In this document: positions 55,665 to 64,000 of the stretch, one piece after another
Layout of the letters: each line of letters begins with the position of its first letter
Numbering within the stretch: position 1 is the first letter of the stretch
Assembly (NCBI GenBank): GCA_021817605.1
Contig: JAKAUN010000012.1
Coordinates: forward strand, 7,507 to 71,506
Direction of reading: 5' to 3'
DNA: 64,000 nucleotides
Source: Thermoplasmata archaeon
GTDB taxonomy: Archaea > Thermoplasmatota > Thermoplasmata > Lutacidiplasmatales > UBA184
Notes under the pieces: model-generated
What the model saw: the letters and a program-made list of their open reading frames with translations, nothing else
Databases searched by the model: none
What the model was told of the DNA's origin: nothing
Program-made: the position numbers and the translations under genes

Positions 55665-56639
55665 TCAGGCCTCGCCGCCCTCGCCAAGGACCTGGTGGCT
55701 CACTCGATGGCCGGCCCGCACGCGGGCCCGTGGCCCGAGCAGGCAGCCGTCGACCGTGGCCTCGCGCTCGACCACGGCCCCGTCCATGAGCACCGAGTTC
55801 TCGACATGCGCGCCGGCCTCGACGACCGCTTCGGCGCCGACCGTGACGTAGCCTCCGAAGGAGGCGCCGCGCGCCTGCGCCCCCTTGAGGAGGGCGACGG
55901 GTCCTTTCCCGAACGACCCCGCGGGGAGGGTCCCGCGGCCTCCGCGCCCGTCGTCGAAGAGGAGGCGCTGCGAGCGCAGCAGGCGCTCGGGGGTCCCTGC
56001 GTCGTCCCAGTAGCGGGAGAGGCGGTAGCCGAAGAGGCCCTGGTCGAGCAGCTTCGGGACGATCTCCTGCTCGAAACTGACGGGCCGCCCGGGCGGGATC
56101 CGGTCGAGGACCTCTCTTCGCCAGACGGAGAGGCCCGCGTTGATCCAGTGCGACGGCGCCGCTTCGGGCTCGGGCTTCTCGACAAAGCCGGTGATGCGGT
56201 CGCCCTCCCCGAGGGCGGCGACGCCGTACGGTCGGGTATCCTCGACCTCGGCGAGCGTCATCGTGCCGATCCCTCCGCTCCTGGCGTGGCGACGCGCGAC
56301 CTCGCCGAGGTCGACGGCGGCGATCACGTCGGAGTTGAGGAGGAAGAACGGGTCGGACATCGTCCCGCCAGCGTTCTTCATCCCTCCGCCGGTGCCGAGG
56401 GGCTCGGCCTCGGAAACCGTGCGGACCGGCCAGCGCGGGGGATGCGCGCGGACGTAGGCGTCGATCTGCTCGGATTTGTAGCCGGTGGCGAGGACGACCT
56501 CCTCGACCTCCGCGGGCAAGAGGTCGAGGACGTGGTAGAGCATCGGCTTGCCCGCGAGGGGGATGAGCTGCTTGGGGACGGTGTAGGTCACCGGTCGCAG
56601 GCGGGTCCCGAACCCGCCGATGAGGACGAGCGCCTTCAT
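55665..56639 (-). CDS. Sugar-phosphate nucleotidyltransferase with C-terminal left-handed beta-helix (ManC/GlmU-like)
   Basis: MKALVLIGGFGTRLRPVTYTVPKQL (G-x-G-T-R), C-terminal hexapeptide repeats; ATG at 56639. Confidence 0.85.
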   Translation of the reverse strand: MKALVLIGGFGTRLRPVTYTVPKQLIPLAGKPMLYHVLDLLPAEVEEVVLATGYKSEQIDAYVRAHPPRWPVRTVSEAEPLGTGGGMKNAGGTMSDPFFLLNSDVIAAVDLGEVARRHARSGGIGTMTLAEVEDTRPYGVAALGEGDRITGFVEKPEPEAAPSHWINAGLSVWRREVLDRIPPGRPVSFEQEIVPKLLDQGLFGYRLSRYWDDAGTPERLLRSQRLLFDDGRGGRGTLPAGSFGKGPVALLKGAQARGASFGGYVTVGAEAVVEAGAHVENSVLMDGAVVEREATVDGCLLGPRARVRAGHRVSHQVLGEGGEA

Positions 56640-56682
56640 CGGGAGCACCACCCGTCGGGAAGAAGCGAGAGGGGCATCCGGC

Positions 56683-57879
56683 CTAGATCACCCCGGAGGT
56701 TTCGCCGTGGGAGACGGCGCGGGAGTACTCGCGCTGGACGGCGCGCTTCAGCAGGGCGGCCGGGCTGCTCCAGAGCGTGAGGGGGCCGAGCGCGCCGGCC
56801 GCGCGGCGGGGCCCCACGGCGACCACGAGCCCCCGCTGCCGGTAGCGGAAAGGGACCAGCGGCGCACCGTTCCATCGGGCGATCACGTTCTGCGCCGCGA
56901 CCCGCGCCTCGGCGAGGGCGACCTGCGCCGTCGCCGGGACGACCGATCCGTCGTCCCCGGGGTCCTTCCACTCGGCCACGTCCCCCACGGCGAAGACCCC
57001 GGGGTGCCCGGGGAGCTCGAGGCAGGCGTCGACCGCGAGGCGGCCGGCGTGTCCGTGGGCGACGGGGAGCTGGCGCGCCACGGGGGGCGCTTCGAGGCCG
57101 GCGCACCAGACGGCGACGTCGAAGACGAGCGTCGTGCCGTCCTCGAGCGTGAGGCGGTCGGACTCGACACGGCGGACGTTGAGGCCGAAGACGAGGCTCA
57201 CCCCCGCCCGTCCAAGGAGGCTCCGCGCACGCTCGACGACCCCGGGCGGGAGCCCGGCCAAGAACGGCAGCGAGCCGGTGATAAGGAAAACGTCCGGCGG
57301 GCGCGTGGGCCGCCCGGTCACTGCGGCCCAGTTGGTCGTGGCGATCTCGGCAGCGACCTCGGTGCCGGTAGCGCCGCCTCCGACGACCAGCACGCGAGGC
57401 CGTCGCTCGCCGGGGAGATCGGCCGAGCCCAGCATCACCTCTCGGAGCCTCCGGGCGAGGGCGAGCGCGCCGCTCAGCCGGTAGACCTGGTGGGTGTGCT
57501 CTCTCGCCCCCTCGACGCCGTAGTAGGCCGCGACGTTGCCGAGCGCGACGACGAGGGCGCCGAAGGCGATCTCGCCCGAGCTCAACGTGAGAGTTCGCGC
57601 TTCCAGGTCGATGCCCTCGACCTCACCCTCCCTCAGCTCCACCAGCGAACGGTCGAAGACCTCGGCGAGCGGCACGATCCAGTCCGCCGATCGGCTGCCC
57701 TCCGCGGCCATCCGGCCGATCTCGTAGAGCTCGGTGCGAAGCACGTGGACCGGATGGCGGTCGACCAGCACGGTCGGGAGAGCGCCGCGCGAGCGTCGGT
57801 GGACCTCCTGGGCGACGGTGAGGCCGGCGTAGCCGGCTCCTGCGACCACGAGAGGACCCTCGCCGAGCTCCGAGCGCAT
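56683..57879 (-). CDS. FAD-dependent pyridine-nucleotide-disulfide oxidoreductase (NDH-2 / sulfide:quinone oxidoreductase family)
   Basis: Two Rossmann motifs (LVVAGAGYAGL; VLVVGGGATGTEVAAE), FAVGDVAEW. Confidence 0.85.
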   Translation of the reverse strand: MRSELGEGPLVVAGAGYAGLTVAQEVHRRSRGALPTVLVDRHPVHVLRTELYEIGRMAAEGSRSADWIVPLAEVFDRSLVELREGEVEGIDLEARTLTLSSGEIAFGALVVALGNVAAYYGVEGAREHTHQVYRLSGALALARRLREVMLGSADLPGERRPRVLVVGGGATGTEVAAEIATTNWAAVTGRPTRPPDVFLITGSLPFLAGLPPGVVERARSLLGRAGVSLVFGLNVRRVESDRLTLEDGTTLVFDVAVWCAGLEAPPVARQLPVAHGHAGRLAVDACLELPGHPGVFAVGDVAEWKDPGDDGSVVPATAQVALAEARVAAQNVIARWNGAPLVPFRYRQRGLVVAVGPRRAAGALGPLTLWSSPAALLKRAVQREYSRAVSHGETSGVI

Positions 57880-57949
57880 CGTCCTCCCTCCCCAGCCCCC
57901 CGTGCCAAAGAGCCTACCGCGTCCTGACGGTGATACGCCGGACTCGCGG

Positions 57950-58702
57950 CTAGCCGAACCGGCCGTTCACGTAGTTCTCGGTGAGCTTCTCGTTCGGCCG
58001 GTGGAAGATCGTGGAGGTCTCCCCGATCTCCACGAGCTTGCCCAGGTAGAAGAACGCCGTCCGGTCGGCGAGCCGCACCGCTTGGGCGAGGTTGTGCGTA
58101 ACGAGGACGAGCGTGTAGTCCGAGCGGAGCCGCGCGAGGAGCGACTCGACCCGCGCGGTCGCGATGGGGTCGAGCGATGAGCACGGCTCGTCCAGCAGCA
58201 GCACCTCCGGCCGCACCGCGAGCGCCCGAGCGATGCAGAGCCGCTGCTGCTGTCCGCCCGAGAGGCTCGTGCCGGGGGCGTCCAGCAGATCCTCGACCTC
58301 CTCCCAGAGCCCCGCCGCTTCGAGCGCCTCCGCGACCCCCTCCTCCAGCTCGTCGTGTCGGCGGACCCCGAGCAGGCGGAGGCCCGCGGCGACGTTCTCG
58401 AAGACGGAGAGGTTCGGGAACGGATTCGGCTTCTGGAAGACCATCCCGACGCGGCACCGCACGAGGGCCGGGTCCGCCCGAACGAGGTTCTCGCCGTCCA
58501 GCTCGATCCTCCCCTCGACGCGCCCGCCGGGGAGCTCCTCGTGAAGGCGGTTGAGGCACCTGAGGAAGGTCGACTTCCCGCAGCCGGAAGGGCCGACGAT
58601 CGCGGTGGTCGCCCGCTCCTCGAGCTCGAGGTCGATGTCGTAGAGCGCCTGGCGGCTCCCGTACCAGGCGTTGAGCCCTTCGACCCGCATCTTTGCCGGC
58701 AT
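57950..58702 (-). CDS. pstB: Phosphate ABC transporter ATP-binding protein PstB
   Basis: ALYDIDLELEERATTAIVGPSGCGKSTFLRCLNRL...LSGGQQQRLCIARAL...LLDEPCSSLDP; real ATG at 58702. Confidence 0.9.
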   Translation of the reverse strand: MPAKMRVEGLNAWYGSRQALYDIDLELEERATTAIVGPSGCGKSTFLRCLNRLHEELPGGRVEGRIELDGENLVRADPALVRCRVGMVFQKPNPFPNLSVFENVAAGLRLLGVRRHDELEEGVAEALEAAGLWEEVEDLLDAPGTSLSGGQQQRLCIARALAVRPEVLLLDEPCSSLDPIATARVESLLARLRSDYTLVLVTHNLAQAVRLADRTAFFYLGKLVEIGETSTIFHRPNEKLTENYVNGRFG

Positions 58703-58706
58703 CGTC

Positions 58707-60668
58707 CTAGCTCGCGCCCGCCTCCGTTCCCCGGCCGAAGAGGAGCCGCGCCAGGAGGCTCGTCGCGGCCATGATCCCGAGAAGGACCAGGGCCGCACCC
58801 CAGGCCTCGGCCACGTAGCCGGGGGAGCCGCCGTAAACGGTGAGGGCGTCGTAGATGAACGGAGCGAGCGCCGGCGCGGGGCCACGGAGACCCGTGAGCC
58901 AGTAGGTGCTCACCCCCGCTGTCAGCACGAGAGCGGCGGTCTCCCCGCCGGCCCGCATGAGGGCGAGAAGGCTCCCGGTGACGACCGACGCGCGGGCGCT
59001 CCCGAGCACGACACGCAACGTGACCCGGTGGCGGGGGAATCCGAGGGCCAGGGCCGCCTCCCGGACGGTGGCGGGCACGGACCGGAGCGCGGCGTCCGTC
59101 GCCTTCGCGACGATGGGCATCATCAGCACCCCGAGCGCGACCGCCCCGGCGAGGGCGCTCTGCGCGTCCGGGCGGTCCCACCGCAGGAAGATCGCCAGGA
59201 GAACGATCCCCAAGAGGATGCTCGGCGTCCCGAGCAGCGCATCGACCAGGAGGCCGACCCCCCTGCCGAAGGTGCGACGACCGTACTCGGCCAGGTAGAT
59301 GCCGAGCAGCAGTCCTCCAGGGATACCCAGGGCGGCGCCCAGCGCGAGGAGGACGACCGTCCCTTCGATCTCGGGGCCGATGCCCCCGGGCGGGCAGCCT
59401 TGCGAGGCGTTGAGCCCGCAGGGAGGGCCCGGCTCGGACGTGTAGAACGACGGGCGGAGGGCGACGCCAGCTCCCTGGGCGACCGCTGTCGAGACCAGGC
59501 TGGCGAGAGGCAGCGCCGCTAGGACGACGGCGGCGAGGACCAGGACGAGGACCGCCCGTTGCAGCTGGCGCCGACGCCGCAGTCGTGGCGGGCGTCCCTG
59601 CTCGACCCGATCCCACCAGCTCGGGACCCCCGCGGAGGCCGACCCCTTCGGCCGCACGTCTCCGTGTCGCAGGGAGGGCCGCCGACGGGTCGGGGGACCC
59701 GGGAGGGCCGAGCGGAGCTCCCTTCGGCCGAGGAACCAGCGGGCGCCGACGTTGAGGCCGAGCGAGATGGCGAAGAGCACCAACGCGAGCTCGAAGAGGG
59801 CGCTGCGCTCGAGGCCCTGCGAGCCGGCGAAACGGGCGACCAGCCAGCTCGGGATGGTGGCGGTGGCGGAGAAGAGCGAGCGGGGGGCGGCCGGGGTGTT
59901 GCCGATGACGAGGGCTACGGCGATCGTCTCCCCGACTGCCCTACCGAGGCCGAGGGTCACGGCGCCGACAAGACCCGGGAGGGCCGAGCCGAGGACCGTC
60001 ATGCGGCTCGCCTCCCACCGGGTCGCCCCGAGACCGAGAGCGGCCTCCCTCTGGCTCCGAGGCACGGAGCGCAGCGCGTCCCGGGAGAGCGCTGCCACTG
60101 TCGGCAGGATCATGATCGCGAGGACGAGCGCCCCGGCGAGGAGGCCGGTGCCGAGGACCGGGCCGGCGAAGAGAGGGATCCCCGGCGTCACGGCTGCGAG
60201 CGCGGGCTCTACGGCGCCCCGCAGGAACGGGACGAGGACCGCAAATCCCCAGAAGCCGTAGACCACCGAAGGGATCGCGGCACCGAGGTCGACGAAGTAG
60301 GCGAGCGGCGAGCGCCACCGCTGGGGAGCGAACTCGGAGGCGAAGAGGGCGACCCCCAGGGCCACCGGGACGGCGAGGAGAAGCGCGAGAGCGCTCGTGA
60401 GAAGGGTGCCGAGGATCTCGGGCCACCCTCCGAAGGAGGAGGTCGGCACGCTCCAGACCGAACGGAGCAGAAACCCCCCGCCGAAGTGGGCCAGTGCCGG
60501 CGCGGCACCGCTGGCCAAGAGATAGATGAGTCCGCCGACAAAAACGGTGAGGGCCGCTGCGGCCAGGACCGTCCCACCCTGGAACAGCGCCCCGAGGCCT
60601 CGCAGGAAGGCCAGCCGTCGTCCCTTCTCCATGGGGGCGAGCCGTTCCCCGCTCGCCAGGCCCGCCAC
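58707..60668 (-). CDS. Phosphate ABC transporter permease, PstC-PstA fusion (653 aa)
   Basis: Two permease halves, each with EAA-like loops (ALGLGATRWE / ALGFPRHRVT), joined by an R-rich linker; may alternatively be two overlapping genes. Confidence 0.8.
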   Translation of the reverse strand: MAGLASGERLAPMEKGRRLAFLRGLGALFQGGTVLAAAALTVFVGGLIYLLASGAAPALAHFGGGFLLRSVWSVPTSSFGGWPEILGTLLTSALALLLAVPVALGVALFASEFAPQRWRSPLAYFVDLGAAIPSVVYGFWGFAVLVPFLRGAVEPALAAVTPGIPLFAGPVLGTGLLAGALVLAIMILPTVAALSRDALRSVPRSQREAALGLGATRWEASRMTVLGSALPGLVGAVTLGLGRAVGETIAVALVIGNTPAAPRSLFSATATIPSWLVARFAGSQGLERSALFELALVLFAISLGLNVGARWFLGRRELRSALPGPPTRRRPSLRHGDVRPKGSASAGVPSWWDRVEQGRPPRLRRRRQLQRAVLVLVLAAVVLAALPLASLVSTAVAQGAGVALRPSFYTSEPGPPCGLNASQGCPPGGIGPEIEGTVVLLALGAALGIPGGLLLGIYLAEYGRRTFGRGVGLLVDALLGTPSILLGIVLLAIFLRWDRPDAQSALAGAVALGVLMMPIVAKATDAALRSVPATVREAALALGFPRHRVTLRVVLGSARASVVTGSLLALMRAGGETAALVLTAGVSTYWLTGLRGPAPALAPFIYDALTVYGGSPGYVAEAWGAALVLLGIMAATSLLARLLFGRGTEAGAS

Positions 60669-61011
60669 GTCGCCTCCCTCAGCTGCACACGGGAACGACG
60701 GCGCGCCGGTAGATCGTCGCGCCGGCCGCGGCGAGGGCCGCCACCCCGTAGAGCGGCCCTCGGTCCGACCGACGGCGCACCGTGCGGGGGCGGGGCCGGC
60801 CCGTGGTCGGAACCGGGTTCACCCGCCCTCCTCGACATGCCCGCGAGGACGACGCCCCGAGCCGGGAGGCGTGCCCGGATGCCGAGGAGCTCCGCCGCCG
60901 TCGCCCCGCATCGGCGAGAAGGGGCCGCAACCGACCCATAAACCTGCCTGTGTGACCCGCAAGTTTCCCACGTTATAGCTACCGGCACATCGTGCGGCGG
61001 CGCGCGAGACC

Positions 61012-61707
61012 TTGGCGGCATGCGCGTCCGCAGAGGATGGTAAACTATTGGGACATCTGGCCCGCGCCAAGCTTCTCTTTGGCGCGGAGCCCGCCGGTTG
61101 CCGGTCCGCAGCCTTTTGGTCGACGGGCTGCTACGGGACCGTGGCCGACGGAGCCTCCGCCGCCGAGAGAGGGTTCGTCGTCTGGATCGAAGGTCTCCCG
61201 TGCGCGGGCAAAACGACCATCTCCCGGGCGGTCGCCGAGCGCCTGCGGGTCGACGGCCTCGAGGTCGAGGTCCTGGACGGGGACGAAGTGCGCCGGATGT
61301 TCTCGCCGGAGCTCGGCTTCTCGCGTAAGGACCGCGAGTTCCACGCCCGACGGGTGAGCTACGTCGCGCGGATGCTCTCGCGCCATGGCGTCTCGGTCCT
61401 CGTGGCGATGATCACCCCGTACGAGACCTCCCGACAGGCCGCCCGGGCGACAGTGGGAGGGCGGTTCGACGAGGTCTGGCTCCGTTGCCCGGTAGAGGTC
61501 TGCCGCCAGCGGGACGTCCACGGGCTCTATCGGAGGGCCGCGACGCCCACGGGAGGGAAGATCACCGGCCGCGACGACCCGTTCGAGGAACCGCTCAACC
61601 CCGACCTCGTGGTCGACACCGCGAGCGATACGGTGGAGCTCGCGACCGGCAAGATCCTCGAGCACCTGCGGGGCCGCGGCCTTCTCCCGCCGTTGGCTCC
61701 GGCCTGA
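61012..61707 (+). CDS. cysC: Adenylyl-sulfate (APS) kinase CysC with ~50-aa N-terminal extension
   Basis: GFVVWIEGLPCAGKTTISRAV...DGDEVR...LGFS..DR..H.RR...ITPYE...RCPVEVCRQRDVHGLYRRA...GRDDPFEEP. Confidence 0.85.
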   Translation: MAACASAEDGKLLGHLARAKLLFGAEPAGCRSAAFWSTGCYGTVADGASAAERGFVVWIEGLPCAGKTTISRAVAERLRVDGLEVEVLDGDEVRRMFSPELGFSRKDREFHARRVSYVARMLSRHGVSVLVAMITPYETSRQAARATVGGRFDEVWLRCPVEVCRQRDVHGLYRRAATPTGGKITGRDDPFEEPLNPDLVVDTASDTVELATGKILEHLRGRGLLPPLAPA

Positions 61708-61740
61708 ACGGGAGCCCCACCGGGTCCGCGTCGCCGTGGT

Positions 61741-62316
61741 TCAGCGACGCGTCGGCTCGGTCGCCGTCGCGGGCGCGGCGTGCGCAAGGTAACCCTGGCG
61801 CTCGAGCTCGCCCAGGATGTAGTCGGCCGACTGGGAAGGGGCGAGGCCGACCGCGTCGACGACGATCTCCGGTCGCTCGGGGGCTTCGTAAGGGTCGTCC
61901 ACGCCCGTCATCTCGTGGATCTCGCCGGCGCGGGCCTTGCGGTAGAGGCCTTTGACGTCGCGCTGCTCGCAGACCTCGAGCGGGGTATTGACGTAGATCT
62001 CCACGAACCGGCCGATCGTCTCCCGCGCCCGGGCCCTCGAGCTGCGGTAGGGAGAGATGAGCGCCACGATCGGCACCGCCCCGTTGCGTGCCAAGAGCTT
62101 CGCCACGAAGGCGACGCGCCCCGCGTGGGCCTCGCGCGACGCGCGGTCGAATCCGAGGTCGGCGCTCAGCCCCTTGCGGATCTCGTCCCCGTCGAGGAGC
62201 TCGGCGAACCAGCCGCGCCCGGCAAGCCGCTCGGCGAGGACGCGGCCGATCGTCGTCTTGCCGGCGCTCGGAAGACCCGTGAGCCACAGGCAGAATCCTG
62301 AAGGTCGTTGGGACAT
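61741..62316 (-). CDS. cysC: Adenylyl-sulfate (APS) kinase CysC (second copy)
   Basis: GFCLWLTGLPSAGKTTIGRVL...ISPYRSSR...EVCEQRDVKGLYRKARAGEIHEMTGVDDPYEAP; ATG at 62316, 14 nt after sat stop. Confidence 0.85.
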   Translation of the reverse strand: MSQRPSGFCLWLTGLPSAGKTTIGRVLAERLAGRGWFAELLDGDEIRKGLSADLGFDRASREAHAGRVAFVAKLLARNGAVPIVALISPYRSSRARARETIGRFVEIYVNTPLEVCEQRDVKGLYRKARAGEIHEMTGVDDPYEAPERPEIVVDAVGLAPSQSADYILGELERQGYLAHAAPATATEPTRR

Positions 62317-62330
62317 CGTGACCACCCACC

Positions 62331-63497
62331 CTACGTTGTCAGGAGCACGTCCGGCCGACGGAGGATCTCCGCGACCTCCGGGCGCAGCAGCTCCACGGGA
62401 ATAGCGTCGCCTTTGGCCAGGCTCGTGCGGATCCGGGTCTGGCTGGTGTCAAGACGGGCCTCGGGGCCGTGCGCGCACGTCTTCGAGCTCGCCATCCCCC
62501 CGCACCTGCGGCAGTAGAACGATTCCTCGTAGCGTAGGGGCGTGATACCGATGTCGTACTCGTCGAAGATCCGGTGGCAGGCGTACGGCTCGTAGAACGC
62601 TCCGACCCCGGCCTGGTCGCGGCCGACGATGTAGGCAGCGCAGCCGAAGTTCTTGCGCACGATCGCGAGGAAGAGCGCCGCCTTCGGGCCCGCGTAGCGC
62701 ATCGTGATCCCCAGGGGGCGGACGATCACGCGATCGGCGGGATAGTAGTGGCTGACCAGCGCGTTGTACGCCGCCAGGATCACCTCGGGACGGTAGTCCC
62801 CCTTCTTCAGGCGTCCGACGACCGGGTGGATGAGGAGGCCGTCGATCTCCTCCCGCTCGAGCGTGACGCGTTGGAGGTACTCGTGCGCCGTATGCGGAGG
62901 ATTGCGGCACTGGTAGGCGGCGACGGTCTCCCACTTCCTCCGACGGAACTCCTCGCGCATCTCGGCGGGATCGGGCTCGGACCCTTGGCGGCTCTCGTCG
63001 AGGCGGCGCAGGAGGGTGATCCGCCCGCCCCACGCCATCTCGCCGTGGCGCTGGATGTCGGCGACGTTCGGGTGCTTCGGGTCGACGGTGCCGTAGGCCG
63101 ATCGGGCGATGGCGGCACTGTCGAGCCGGAACTTCTCGTCAATGCGAAGGAGGGCGACGGCCTGCCCCCTCGCGTCGAGGACGGCGACCTCGTCCCCACC
63201 TTTCAGCTCCTCGACGGGTCGGCCGGCCGCGCCGGTCGGCACGGGGAAGTAGATGGGCATCGGCCAGGGAAGGCCGTTCGGCAGCTTGCCCGAGCGTGTC
63301 ACCGATTCCAGGGTGGCGGCGTCCATGAACCCCTCGAGGGGGCTGTAGGCGCCGATGCCGATCTTCTCCGCGTCGTAGAGCTGGTCGACGAAAGGGGTCA
63401 CCTTGGCGAGGTCGCGGAGCTCTCCCTCGCGACGCTCGAGCTCGGCAGTGCTCGCCCTGAGGTCGACGAGTCGGCCGCCATGAGGCTCCGGGATCAC
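62331..63497 (-). CDS. sat: Sulfate adenylyltransferase (ATP sulfurylase)
   Basis: PEPHGGRLVDL...GAYSPLEGFMD...QCRNPPHTAHEYLQ...GRDQAGVG...; GTG start at 63497 with GGAGGT 8 nt upstream (track ORF to 63998 adds 167 junk aa). Confidence 0.9.
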   Translation of the reverse strand: MIPEPHGGRLVDLRASTAELERREGELRDLAKVTPFVDQLYDAEKIGIGAYSPLEGFMDAATLESVTRSGKLPNGLPWPMPIYFPVPTGAAGRPVEELKGGDEVAVLDARGQAVALLRIDEKFRLDSAAIARSAYGTVDPKHPNVADIQRHGEMAWGGRITLLRRLDESRQGSEPDPAEMREEFRRRKWETVAAYQCRNPPHTAHEYLQRVTLEREEIDGLLIHPVVGRLKKGDYRPEVILAAYNALVSHYYPADRVIVRPLGITMRYAGPKAALFLAIVRKNFGCAAYIVGRDQAGVGAFYEPYACHRIFDEYDIGITPLRYEESFYCRRCGGMASSKTCAHGPEARLDTSQTRIRTSLAKGDAIPVELLRPEVAEILRRPDVLLTT

Positions 63498-63788
63498 GGG
63501 AAGACCTCCGACGGCGCGAGGTCGCAGAGAGCGAGGGGCCCTGACATGCCGGACCGCGCCGGACCCGTGCGAGTATTTGGCTCCCACGGGGGTCAAGGAG
63601 CCGAGCCCCGGGCGACCGTGGCGGCACCGGGGCACGATCGATGGTCCCGCCCTCTCCCAAAGGAAAGCGGGGAAAAGGGGCCGGAGGGCGGCGCGTCGCG
63701 CCGGGTCCGACCCCTTATCCCCCTTCGTCGGGTTGGCGAGGAGGGCGTCCGCGTGACGCCCCCCGCCGCGGAGGACGAAGGACCCTCG

Positions 63789-64000
63789 ATGACCGGCACG
63801 ACGAGCCTTTCGGCCCTCATGGAAGGCGACCACCACGATCTCGACGAGGTGCTCGTCCGTTTCCGCTCGACGCCGGGGGCTCAGATCGCCTCCCGTAGAG
63901 AGCTCTTCACGCGCTTTGCGAGCGGGTTGCGCCGCCACATCTCCCTCGAGGAGCGTCGCCTCTTCCCCCGCATGGAGGAGGGCGGACCGGAGAGCCATCG
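63789..64000 (+). CDS. Hemerythrin-like (HHE cation-binding) domain protein, 3' end beyond window
   Basis: MTGTTSLSALMEGDHHDLDEVLVRF...HISLEERRLFPRMEEGGPESH; GGAGGA/GAAGGA upstream of ATG; absent from ORF track because no stop within window. Confidence 0.5.
   Translation, partial: MTGTTSLSALMEGDHHDLDEVLVRFRSTPGAQIASRRELFTRFASGLRRHISLEERRLFPRMEEGGPESH

Noticed and set aside
59559-60941. 460-aa plus ORF
   Set aside because: Antisense to pstC-pstA; E/R/G/D-rich
62331-63998. 555-aa track ORF for sat
   Set aside because: N-terminal 167 aa are junk; true start is GTG at 63497 with GGAGGT RBS (VIPEPHGG…)

Overview
High-GC (~68%) window that is almost certainly archaeal. Evidence: TATA-box/leaderless promoters ~25-30 nt upstream of start codons, many surface proteins with N-x-S/T sequon arrays and C-terminal TM-plus-basic anchors, frequent ATGA stop/start overlaps. 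The six-frame track is dominated by long antisense or out-of-frame ORFs rich in R/P/G/S; these were rejected. About 65 genes are supportable. A tight TusA-DsrE-ArsR-MvhD-HdrA-HdrA operon (sulfur-trafficking, sHdr-like, with an unusual 911-aa HdrA fused to a GltD-like NAD(P)H domain) runs off the left edge. There is a divergent pair of paralogous prenyltransferase/squalene-oxidase-repeat (alpha/alpha-toroid) proteins. Several secreted, heavily N-glycosylated surface proteins are present (YVTN beta-propeller, BNR/Asp-box, a 1245-aa parallel-beta-helix giant, two proteins sharing a ~45-aa repeat module, a [NQTAENDSGD]n linker protein). Three ABC-2 exporter pairs occur, one with a PadR regulator. 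Other genes include an MFS transporter, a CPA antiporter, an ArsB/NhaD permease, two aminotransferases plus a Zn-ADH, a nucleotidyltransferase, an NDH-2/SQR-like flavoprotein, a pstB + pstC-pstA fusion, and a sat-cysC operon facing a second cysC. Two genes are broken by -1 frameshifts in G/C runs: a surface repeat protein near 17460 and a dienelactone hydrolase near 19550. Small genes of note: a two-finger C2H2 zinc-finger protein, an alkyltransferase-like (Cys->Trp) protein, an HNH endonuclease, VOC, DUF302, DUF167, DUF72, MOSC, CBS and PhzF family proteins. No tRNA, rRNA, CRISPR array or transposase could be supported from the sequence alone.
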